In this document: piece by piece, positions 55,859 to 64,000 of the stretch
Position numbering within the stretch: the stretch's first letter is position 1
How the letters are laid out: every line of letters begins with the position of its first letter
NCBI GenBank assembly: GCA_910574255.1
Contig: CAJTAK010000001.1
Location: forward strand, 83,779-147,778
DNA length: 64,000 nt
Reading direction: 5' to 3'
Source: Clostridia bacterium
GTDB taxonomy: Bacteria; Bacillota; Clostridia; Lachnospirales; Lachnospiraceae
Made by a program: the position numbers and the translations under genes
Notes under the pieces: model-generated
The model's input: only the letters and a program-made list of their open reading frames with translations
What the model was told of the DNA's origin: nothing
The model's database searches: none

Positions 55859-57982
55859 ATGTATCAAAGTCCAAATGGAAATAAGACAATCAAAATGAAT
55901 CAACGAAATAACCCATTTTCATTGGGGAATAATAATTTATATGCTAGGTTTAAAAAAGCATTATCTATTCTGTTATCTGTAGAGTATTACGAGGGGTCTG
56001 AATATGGGATGTTTTATAATAAATGTGGAGAAGATGGCAGAAGTCAGATATATGTTGCTCAACCTGTGCTTGAAAAAAAGCTTAAAAAAGAATTTATTGA
56101 TGTAGAAGGTGACATGGTTAAATTTTTAGTAGGGCCAACAGGAACAGGAAAAACTACACTTATTAGAAATATGTTCCACGTTTTTGGAAGAGATGTTGTC
56201 GTTGTAGATAATAATTTAGTAATATATGTGTCATTTTATTCTATGGTCTCATATTCAGGTAATATAGAAGATGCAAATTATCTTATACGAGATGCCTTGA
56301 TTGGATCAATTAATGAGGCCGTTTCGTATTTAAATGACAAAGATTATATTGATAGATTATCTGGCTATGATGATGCATATTATAATGATTTTTATAATTT
56401 TTTGAAATCTAATAATAAACATTTGATTGAAACAGTTCCTAGTACTTCGGATAATGTGGAACAGATAAGAAATGGTAATGGTAAAAAGTTTGTTTTGGAC
56501 TGGATTGCTAAAAATAAACCAGTTGACTACTATATGTGTCAGTTAAAGTATGAACTTTATTTATATAAGAACCGTACAAACAATATGTTTGATAATATAA
56601 TATTGATTTTTGATGATTTAGAGTCATTAGCTTCTAAATATACAAACAATATAGTAGGATATGCATATCATTGTAAAAAGTGCTTACAGGCTAACTTTAA
56701 CAGAAACTATCATTTTAAAGTTTTAGTAACAATGAGAAATTATTCATATCGTATTGGACAAAACAGAAAGAAAGAAGCATTTCGTGAGATATCGTGGGAT
56801 GACATAATAAAAAAAGATACGGCCCCAACATTAAGTGCGATACTAGATAAAAGGGTAGCATATGTGATGGATTTAGATGAAGTGATAAATTCAGTAGATG
56901 ATAAAATGGCCTTTCAGAGTGCTAGTGTTAGCTTGAAAGTAATATTACAAAGGATGTATGGCCAATACGATAATATGCTTCTTTCGTTGAATCATAATAA
57001 TATTTTTAAAAGTATGACACTTATTTTTAGAATTCTTACAAATAAAGCACATATGGGAAAATATGAAACTGATAGAAGGGAGCGAAGTGGTGCTTTTGAG
57101 GTTTCCATAAAAGATTATCGTGTGGAAAATCGTAGTAATAATTCTAAGATACCTGGAAACGATGAAGTATTTTATGCCTTAGCATATGGTGAAGAAAAAC
57201 TTTATTTTGATAGTGAAGATTATTATTTAACTAATATTATGCATTATAAGAACTCTGAGGGTGAAAACACAGAACTGCTTGGGATTTATATTATTCAGTA
57301 CTTTATTCATAAAGGCGTTAATATGGATGATCCTGATTATGATGGTTTCGAGAGTCTTTCGTGTACTAATACTATTAAAGAAATAATGTCTCTTTATTCA
57401 TTTCCTACAGACGCAAAAGCTGATTCTATACATAGAGGATTTGAAATTATGATGGAGCATTTATATAAAGGAGGGGTATTACTACAAAGTATTATCGAGC
57501 CAATAATAGAAAATGATGATGTTACTCATAGAGTATATAGGCCTAAAATGAAAGTGTTTCTGTCATTAAGAGGAAATCAACTTTATAACATGCTTTCATA
57601 TAATGCTCTGTTATTTACAACTTATAGGGATGATATTGTTACTGATATAGAAGACAACGATATTCCTACATTAGATATGTCTATGGGTGATCGAATATGT
57701 TATTGTCTTACATATATTGATTATTTAGCAAGTAAAGAGATTGAGCTGTTTCGATGTGTATTAAATTATAAGAATTATAAAAATGTATTGGGGAATGAGT
57801 TGGTAGTTGTAATACTCATGAAAGGGATGAAAGAGACGATTAAAACATATTTTAAAGATTCTACTCCAGAACAGCAAGAAATCATGCAACGGTATAGAAT
57901 AATACAGCAAAAATTTAACGATTTTCTTGATTCGATTTATGATGAGGTGCAAATTGAATTTGTTCATATCGAGCCGATCTAA
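55859..57982 (+). CDS. Large P-loop NTPase of unknown family (707 aa)
   Basis: Walker A VGPTGTGKTTLI (about aa 90). A KAP-like Walker B NIILIFDDLESL about 160 aa downstream. 56-nt gap after abiH, 15-nt gap before the next gene. Confidence 0.6.
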   Translation: MYQSPNGNKTIKMNQRNNPFSLGNNNLYARFKKALSILLSVEYYEGSEYGMFYNKCGEDGRSQIYVAQPVLEKKLKKEFIDVEGDMVKFLVGPTGTGKTTLIRNMFHVFGRDVVVVDNNLVIYVSFYSMVSYSGNIEDANYLIRDALIGSINEAVSYLNDKDYIDRLSGYDDAYYNDFYNFLKSNNKHLIETVPSTSDNVEQIRNGNGKKFVLDWIAKNKPVDYYMCQLKYELYLYKNRTNNMFDNIILIFDDLESLASKYTNNIVGYAYHCKKCLQANFNRNYHFKVLVTMRNYSYRIGQNRKKEAFREISWDDIIKKDTAPTLSAILDKRVAYVMDLDEVINSVDDKMAFQSASVSLKVILQRMYGQYDNMLLSLNHNNIFKSMTLIFRILTNKAHMGKYETDRRERSGAFEVSIKDYRVENRSNNSKIPGNDEVFYALAYGEEKLYFDSEDYYLTNIMHYKNSEGENTELLGIYIIQYFIHKGVNMDDPDYDGFESLSCTNTIKEIMSLYSFPTDAKADSIHRGFEIMMEHLYKGGVLLQSIIEPIIENDDVTHRVYRPKMKVFLSLRGNQLYNMLSYNALLFTTYRDDIVTDIEDNDIPTLDMSMGDRICYCLTYIDYLASKEIELFRCVLNYKNYKNVLGNELVVVILMKGMKETIKTYFKDSTPEQQEIMQRYRIIQQKFNDFLDSIYDEVQIEFVHIEPI

Positions 57983-57997
57983 TTTAAGGAGGAAAAT

Positions 57998-59236
57998 ATG
58001 GTTCCTAAATATACTTTTGAGCAAGATAAATTAAATAGGAAATTTATATCAGAAAATATTGAAGAATATTTAGAACTTATACAAAAGAAGAATTCTGGAC
58101 ATGCTGTTTCTTTCGCCATTAATGCAAAGTGGGGAGAGGGTAAGACATATTTTATTAGTATGTGGAAAACTCAGATTGAGGAGAATGAAAAAGATGTTGC
58201 AGTTTACTATAACGCATGGGAAAATGACGATTGTGATTCTGCAATCCTTCCTTTGTTATATAATATTGTTTCTAACGAAGAGGATAGAGATTCCGATAGA
58301 TTTCTTGAATATATAAAAATCTTTATGAAAACTTTGGGGATTAATACTATAAAATTTGGTGTTAATAAAGTGTTTGGTGATAATAAGGAAATAGCAAAGA
58401 TAATTTCAGAAAGTATAGGTGAGAAAAAGGACTATTCGATTAGTGATATCTTTTCGGAATTTGATGAGTACTATGGTAAGAGGAAAAAACTTCAAGAATC
58501 ATTAAGGAGTTTTGTTCCAAATGGGGGGAATCTTTGGATTTTTGTTGATGATTTGGATCGCTGTAACCCAACATTTGCTATTAATACTTTGGAATGTATA
58601 AAACATTTTTTTAATATCGAGCATATAATATTTATTTTTGCAATAGACTATCACCATCTTACAAAATCTGCTGAACAAATTTATGGGAGAGAAATAGATT
58701 CAGAGTCTTATATGAAAAAATTTTTTGATGTTATATACCAATTACCATCCCCAGATATACAAAAGTATATAGATTATAAAATAAGTAACATTCAAAATAA
58801 TAATATACAAAAATATATAAAGAAGAATGTGCTGGTTTTTTATTTTAAGCACTTTGATTATTCGCTTAGGGATATTGATTTGACTATGATTCACATAGAA
58901 ATATTTCTTTTGAGGCATATAGAAAAACTAAAAGAATGTTCAGATATTAATAGAGCTCTTGATGTTTATTTTTATTTTATGGTTATTAAAGATAAGTACA
59001 ATAAGCAATATTTTGATATTATACATGGTCATTTTTTGATTGGTAAATCAAAAGTTAAAAGGTGGCCAATCATTGAAAGAAAATTTGTTATTAATGATGA
59101 TATTAAAGGTTTATTGGAGAAAATTTCAAATGGGCAGGCAGAGAGACATACAAAAGATATTATGGCAAGTTATTCATTGATTAACATTTCATCATTAAAT
59201 AAATTTTGTGAGCATATGGAGTATGTTTTGGGATAA
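57998..59236 (+). CDS. KAP-family P-loop NTPase
   Basis: Walker A AKWGEGKTYF (KAP G.WG.GKT.F) and Walker B LWIFVDDLDRCNP (KAP DDLDRC). RBS AGGAGG upstream of the ATG at 57998. Confidence 0.8.
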   Translation: MVPKYTFEQDKLNRKFISENIEEYLELIQKKNSGHAVSFAINAKWGEGKTYFISMWKTQIEENEKDVAVYYNAWENDDCDSAILPLLYNIVSNEEDRDSDRFLEYIKIFMKTLGINTIKFGVNKVFGDNKEIAKIISESIGEKKDYSISDIFSEFDEYYGKRKKLQESLRSFVPNGGNLWIFVDDLDRCNPTFAINTLECIKHFFNIEHIIFIFAIDYHHLTKSAEQIYGREIDSESYMKKFFDVIYQLPSPDIQKYIDYKISNIQNNNIQKYIKKNVLVFYFKHFDYSLRDIDLTMIHIEIFLLRHIEKLKECSDINRALDVYFYFMVIKDKYNKQYFDIIHGHFLIGKSKVKRWPIIERKFVINDDIKGLLEKISNGQAERHTKDIMASYSLINISSLNKFCEHMEYVLG

Positions 59237-59242
59237 TTCTAA

Positions 59243-60343
59243 TTATGTTTCATAAGGCACAAATTCAATTATAGACATAAAATTAATGATTTTTTTACTC
59301 ATTTCAATTAGCTGACTTTTCCCAAAAGGAACAAAAGCAAAATTATTGCCATAAGGTTTAGTGTTCCAAAAAGCTCCTTGCATATCAAAATTAGGAATTT
59401 CTGTACCAGAATCTTCACAAGATTTATAAAATTTCTTAGGAGATTCTGATTGAGTAGGCAGAGGGAAAACAGCGAATACTGGTCCATCTTTATAATCTGA
59501 ATCAGATACTATTAACACATTTTTTGAGGGAGAAGCATAAATACTGGCAATTTCATGTTCGGAATCATCCTTTTGCATAGTAAACATACCATACATAAAT
59601 TCAGCGTCGAATGTTGTTCCGAAATCGGCGCTGATATTTTTTTCTAGCAGATAAGAGGTTATTTCATCGCTATGAAATACACTATCAATTTGGTCGCAGA
59701 TACACTTAATTTTAGATTTATTGACCTTTCGCCATATGCTGTCTTCCAATGTAGTAAAGGTAAATTCGATATCTATGATATTACATCTAACTTTGTTGAG
59801 ATGCTCTTCATCATAATCTAATCCATACAAAATATTGAAATGTACATAATTTAAAATATTAGCAATCCTGCCTGCCAAAACAAAATATTCATCTTTAGAA
59901 CTGATACCTAAATGGGTCAGTTTATTTCGTATATTGTTCAGTATCATAAATTCTTCTTTGTAACCTTGTGGAACAGAATAAAGAGTACAATAAAGCTCAA
60001 TGCACTTTGAGTAATCTATTGTATGAATGTCGGAATTTTCGATTATATAGTTATACAAAGGCTCACCTGTTGGATAGCTTGTCTCTTGTATATAATAATC
60101 CATTATTTCTTTTGGAAGTGAATCGGTAGAAACATGTTCATAAATGAACAAAGGATTAATAAGACTTATCTTTGCTTTAAAGAAAAGCTCTAAGGAAGCA
60201 TTTAGAGATAATATTCCCTGTTTTAAATAGGTAGTGCTTATATCAGGTGTTTCAAAATAGCCATCCAACTCTAAAAATGTTCTGAAATGTCTTAATGACC
60301 ATTCAAAAGAATCTATTGCATTGTCCAAAAGTAATATTCTCAT
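59243..60343 (-). CDS. Hypothetical protein with HEPN-like R-x4-H motif
   Basis: …EEFMILNNIRNKLTHLGISS… fits the HEPN RNxxxH signature in a helical context. 366 aa. Convergent with the KAP gene (6-nt gap). Confidence 0.35.
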   Translation of the reverse strand: MRILLLDNAIDSFEWSLRHFRTFLELDGYFETPDISTTYLKQGILSLNASLELFFKAKISLINPLFIYEHVSTDSLPKEIMDYYIQETSYPTGEPLYNYIIENSDIHTIDYSKCIELYCTLYSVPQGYKEEFMILNNIRNKLTHLGISSKDEYFVLAGRIANILNYVHFNILYGLDYDEEHLNKVRCNIIDIEFTFTTLEDSIWRKVNKSKIKCICDQIDSVFHSDEITSYLLEKNISADFGTTFDAEFMYGMFTMQKDDSEHEIASIYASPSKNVLIVSDSDYKDGPVFAVFPLPTQSESPKKFYKSCEDSGTEIPNFDMQGAFWNTKPYGNNFAFVPFGKSQLIEMSKKIINFMSIIEFVPYET

Positions 60344-61024
60344 AAAGCCTCCATAAATGTTGATAAAATATATTATACATTAAATTCCATAAAGAGTATA
60401 GGACTGTATTTTTGATTCGTGCATAAAAACAAAATATTGTCCAACAGTGGAATCTATACTAAAGCAAATAGGATTTAAACAGACAGGATTCTATCAAAAA
60501 CAGAAATGAATTAAGAATTATAAATGGCATGAAGAAAACTATTCAGATAAAGAAAACCACGTAGAAAACTGAAAAGTATGTAGAATACCTATAAAATAAA
60601 GTTTTCTATATGAAGAAAATAAATAGAAATACTAATAACAACCATTATTCTACCATTGGTAAAGAAAATACATATATTTACCTTTAATGGCTATCCTGTA
60701 TCAATAAATATTAAGTTCTGTTTAATTTGAATTAATTTTTATATATGAAATGCTTAGAATACATGAGTTTACTTCACTTTTAAGAGATATTTCCATTCAG
60801 GGTTGTATGGTATTCTATGAAGAATAGAGAAAAGTTCAATCTATAAAAGAGAAAATTAGAAAAGAGCTTTAAACCTGCTTAAAATGGAGTTTTCTCTGGC
60901 TGCTCTTTATGAAGAAAATATATGTATAATTTTATTTCTATTTTAATGATTCGTGTCTATAATTCAATGTTAAATAAAGAATAGCAGGTCATATGTCTGA
61001 ATGGCCAGAAAGGAGATAAAAGGT

Positions 61025-62188
61025 ATGGCAAGTTTAAAATGGAAAAAGCTGATCATGAAAGAAAAGGTCCAGAGAGCAGACGGGGAACACATACTTCACA
61101 GGATATACATTACCCAATATAATACAGAAACAAATGAATATTTGATTTCGCCGTTTTCAGATTTTCTGAATGAATTTACACTCAATAAAGCAACAAGTGC
61201 GAATATGGCGGCTGACATTGTGGCCAGATTTTTAAATTATCTCTATTTTACGGCAGATAAGGATATTTATAGTATCACCATTCAGGATACAGTGGATTTT
61301 ATAGAGACACGGAACATACAGCAGGATACACAACGCTCCTATACGAGTTATCTGACAAAATTCTATCATTTTGTTGCTGAGAGGCTTCCTCTACAATACA
61401 TTTCCCTGGATAATTTCACTTTCGATAAAGATAGAAAAGGCCACATGGTTATGAGAAACCTGTTTACAGACCATATGAATATTAAGAAAAAGATAAATCC
61501 AGAAATCATCCACAATATTAAGAAGGAATATATTTATACCTTTATCAAGACAGCGATGGATGTTACACCTGACATTGCTTTTGGGATATATCTGCAGTGT
61601 TTCGGCGGTTTAAGGAAGTCGGAAGTGATTTCTTTGGAATATAAAAATATTGCGACAGCGGTGATGGGTGGAAGGAAGACAATGCAGATTACTTTGGAAG
61701 ATAAAGATTTAAGGGAAGACATCCCGACAGCATTTATTTCAAAATGCAAGCGGAACAGGACCCAGACAATCATACCTGTGTTTGATGACATGCTGTGTAT
61801 GCTGTATGAAAAACATAAGGAAAGATATAAAAAGAATGGATGCTCCGCTGTGTTTGTCAATTCCAACGGCAAGGCAATGACGGATGCTACATACTATAAG
61901 CGATTTAGGAAGCTGAAAGAAGCATTTATCAAAAGATTAGAAGAAGCAGATGATTTTGAAGTGAAAAGCTATGGCTTCTTTTTAAGGAGCTATAAATGGT
62001 CCACCCACATATGCCGAGGGATATTCAGCAACCTCATTGCAGAAAATACAGACAATATCATGGAGATTGCAACATGGAGGGGAGACAGAAGTTTGTCGGC
62101 AGCTTTAAGCTATCTTACGGACAGGCAGCAGACAGGTGAGAAAGTCGTGCAGTCTATGAATGAACTATACAGGAAGGAGGGTACATAG
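61025..62188 (+). CDS. Tyrosine-type site-specific recombinase (Tn554 TnpA-like)
   Basis: Catalytic residues in conserved contexts: GGLRKSEV (Arg), HICRGIFSNL (His-x-x-Arg), WRGDRSLSAALSYL (Tyr). The ATG at 61025 follows RBS AGGAGA; the track start is 61001. Confidence 0.8.
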   Translation: MASLKWKKLIMKEKVQRADGEHILHRIYITQYNTETNEYLISPFSDFLNEFTLNKATSANMAADIVARFLNYLYFTADKDIYSITIQDTVDFIETRNIQQDTQRSYTSYLTKFYHFVAERLPLQYISLDNFTFDKDRKGHMVMRNLFTDHMNIKKKINPEIIHNIKKEYIYTFIKTAMDVTPDIAFGIYLQCFGGLRKSEVISLEYKNIATAVMGGRKTMQITLEDKDLREDIPTAFISKCKRNRTQTIIPVFDDMLCMLYEKHKERYKKNGCSAVFVNSNGKAMTDATYYKRFRKLKEAFIKRLEEADDFEVKSYGFFLRSYKWSTHICRGIFSNLIAENTDNIMEIATWRGDRSLSAALSYLTDRQQTGEKVVQSMNELYRKEGT

Positions 62189-62190
62189 AC

Positions 62191-64000
62191 ATGGAGGAAC
62201 TTTCCTTTAAAGAGATTAGGAAACAGTATTATAAAAAAGAAAAGAAGTGGCTTAGTTCTGATGACCAGAATTTAATGAAACGATTGACAGGATTTCAAAT
62301 AGCGGAAAGAAACGGGGATTATTATATTATGGCACAGGACAAAGAGCAGGAATGCGAAGAGATTATAAAGATTCTGTGGCTGCAGAAAATAGTTTTAAAA
62401 GAAAAGGATATATGGAAGAAGTATGATCTTCTAATCCAGACATTACCCCAAAGGCAGAGAGAGGCTTTCCCTAAGACAATTGCACTGCATCAAAAGTATA
62501 TTAGGATATTTGTTGATGGCAGGAAGGAGCAGATGACACGAATGAGACATTCTTTTACGGCATTATCAGTGATGCTGTCATTGATGGATAAAGAGATTAT
62601 GGATTATTCTGACATGGAGCTTGTGGCATTGATGAAGGATAAGACATTTTCCAGTACACAAAAGCAGTATGCAGTCTGGTTCTTGAAATATATTTACGAG
62701 CAGATGCCAGAAAGGTGCCGCTTTAATGTGGAAGTGTCCTTACTTAGAAAAGAACGGATCAAAGAGGACAGTGATTTTTATTCCCCCAAAGAATGGGTTT
62801 CTTTTATCAATCTATTCTGCGATGTTGACAGGAATATTGACTATGCCTATGAAAGCCATATCTTTGCGAAATACTGGCTGTATGTAGTTTTGCATTTATC
62901 GCTTGCATGGAGGAAGGCCGATATCCTGAATATTCCTGCATTGGATATACTTGGAAATGTGGAAATGTATACCCAGGAATGGTTTGACAATCATACTTTC
63001 ACCCTTGCGGATGCACAGCGGATTATTAACTGTGTAAAACTGACCGTGGAGCAGTATTGTGTCCAGAAAACAGGGGCAAGGAAGCACTTCAATATCCACA
63101 AAATCGCTCTGATACCAACAGCCATTGCTTTTATTATCTGTGAACAGTGGCGAAGAAAAAGTGGCGATATAATACTATTTGGAAGATTTAATGTTCTTAC
63201 ACAAAGAATTACATACTTCTTTCATCTGGAAACATCTTTTTACAGTTTGAAGGCTAACAGGACATTATTATCTTTCTTCAATGAAAAAACAAGCGAAATA
63301 AATGCATTGTCTGGACAGGCAGCCTTTCTCACTTCTTATATCAGATCCCACAAGACAACCGTGATGGGAAATGGCGATACTACAACGGTTTATCTTCGTT
63401 CTACCTATGATGAAAGGGAAACCCTTAGTATAGGGAAACAGATTATCGACAGGGGAGCTTTTGGAGAGGTGTACCACAGGCTTCTTATTGCGGCAGGGGA
63501 AGAAAAGCCTACTTTTAGGGAAAATACAAGCCTGATTGCAGAGATGAGAAAGAATATCCCTTTGCAGAAAGCGGAAGGCATTTCAGAAGTGCTGGAATCC
63601 ATTGCTGTTGAGAGGGACGCATTATTTGAAGAAATTTATTCATGGCATGAAGATGAGATAAAAGAAAAAGCAGGGAAGCTCCTTAGTGGGGAACTTTTGA
63701 GCAAAACGGATGATGTTTATTGTCTGATGAACGGCAAATGTCCAAATCCTGTTGAAAATAACTGTATCCTATGCAGGTATTCTATCCCTACCACATTTTC
63801 GTTGATGCTGGTGGGAGGGGAACTGAAAAGGCTGCTGACAGAGCTTGGCAGGACTGCGGAGGAATACAGGATGGACCGCATCAGGCTGACCTACCAGATC
63901 GGCAAACTTATCCTGCTTGTAAAGGAGGCGATTGCAGAGATGGGATATGAATATATAGAGGCTTATATCAATCAGGAAGAAATCAACGGACTGATACGGA
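62191..64000 (+). CDS. Second, larger tyrosine-recombinase-like protein (Tn554 TnpB-like), 3' end beyond window
   Basis: Frame checked codon by codon: open from the ATG at 62191 to the window end (over 600 codons). It is absent from the ORF track because it has no stop. Starts 3 nt after the upstream recombinase stop. Contains …LAWRKADILNIP…, …SYIRSHKTTVMGNG…VYLRSTYDE…. Confidence 0.5.
   Translation, partial: MEELSFKEIRKQYYKKEKKWLSSDDQNLMKRLTGFQIAERNGDYYIMAQDKEQECEEIIKILWLQKIVLKEKDIWKKYDLLIQTLPQRQREAFPKTIALHQKYIRIFVDGRKEQMTRMRHSFTALSVMLSLMDKEIMDYSDMELVALMKDKTFSSTQKQYAVWFLKYIYEQMPERCRFNVEVSLLRKERIKEDSDFYSPKEWVSFINLFCDVDRNIDYAYESHIFAKYWLYVVLHLSLAWRKADILNIPALDILGNVEMYTQEWFDNHTFTLADAQRIINCVKLTVEQYCVQKTGARKHFNIHKIALIPTAIAFIICEQWRRKSGDIILFGRFNVLTQRITYFFHLETSFYSLKANRTLLSFFNEKTSEINALSGQAAFLTSYIRSHKTTVMGNGDTTTVYLRSTYDERETLSIGKQIIDRGAFGEVYHRLLIAAGEEKPTFRENTSLIAEMRKNIPLQKAEGISEVLESIAVERDALFEEIYSWHEDEIKEKAGKLLSGELLSKTDDVYCLMNGKCPNPVENNCILCRYSIPTTFSLMLVGGELKRLLTELGRTAEEYRMDRIRLTYQIGKLILLVKEAIAEMGYEYIEAYINQEEINGLIR

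Larger units (their letters stand above)
37085..64000. mobile_element. AT-rich accessory region, putative integrated element(s) inserted at the 3' end of rlmD/rumA; extends beyond the window
   Basis: An abrupt drop in GC from about 37.1 kb, starting inside the rlmD 3' end. Content includes ssb, RadC-like and DUF262 genes, a primase/Rep gene, defence-type genes and two tyrosine recombinases at 61-64 kb. No T4SS or relaxase genes are seen in the window. Confidence 0.55.

Noticed and set aside
1-64000. CRISPR arrays, rRNA genes, IS transposases
   Set aside because: No regularly spaced short direct repeats, no rRNA-like conserved stretches and no DDE/IS transposase ORFs were found on reading through. 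The only repeats are the intragenic tandem repeats and the cassette-junction repeats reported above.

Overview
This window reads as a Firmicutes (Clostridia or Lachnospiraceae-like) chromosomal segment in two parts. All calls rest on reading the sequence and the ORF track; no similarity search was run.

Positions 1 to about 37.1 kb are roughly 50% GC and carry core-type genes. In order: the livHMGF branched-chain amino acid ABC transporter, purA behind a structured leader, a HAD hydrolase, and a PadR regulator with a HAAS/SEDS-like membrane partner. Next comes an unusual type IV filament-like operon: a SARP-like regulator, a transglutaminase-like lipoprotein, a GspF platform protein, four non-canonical minor-pilin-like proteins and a PilT-like ATPase. 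A large surface-fibre locus follows. It has an LepB-type signal peptidase, a 1769-aa LPXTG adhesin with about 15 tandem Cys/His repeats and a fibro-slime/PA14-like domain, an LPXTG pilin, a class C sortase, two TasA/camelysin-like proteins with SipW-cognate signal peptides, two further anchored surface proteins and SipW. Downstream are a stand-alone tRNA-Trp with its own promoter and terminator, a pspA-ydjGHI-like module, pcrA and rlmD/rumA.

From about 37.1 kb to the end of the window the DNA is AT-rich accessory sequence. It appears to have inserted into the 3' end of rlmD, leaving a low-GC C-terminal extension on that ORF. This accessory region contains:
- a G10 homopolymer upstream of an amber-interrupted Listeria-Bacteroides-repeat surface gene;
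- an ICE-leading-region-like minus-strand operon (ssb, DUF262/ParB-like, RadC-like, J-domain and unknown proteins);
- a tandem cassette array in which each single-gene cassette (a MazF-like fusion, a DUF3800 protein) is preceded by a decaying copy of the 3' end of the same upstream gene;
- a primase/Rep-like gene;
- a candidate undescribed defence cluster of AbiH, a 707-aa P-loop NTPase, a KAP-family NTPase and a convergent HEPN-like protein;
- two consecutive tyrosine recombinases (Tn554 tnpA/tnpB-like) running off the window.

No rRNA, CRISPR array or recognisable IS transposase was seen.
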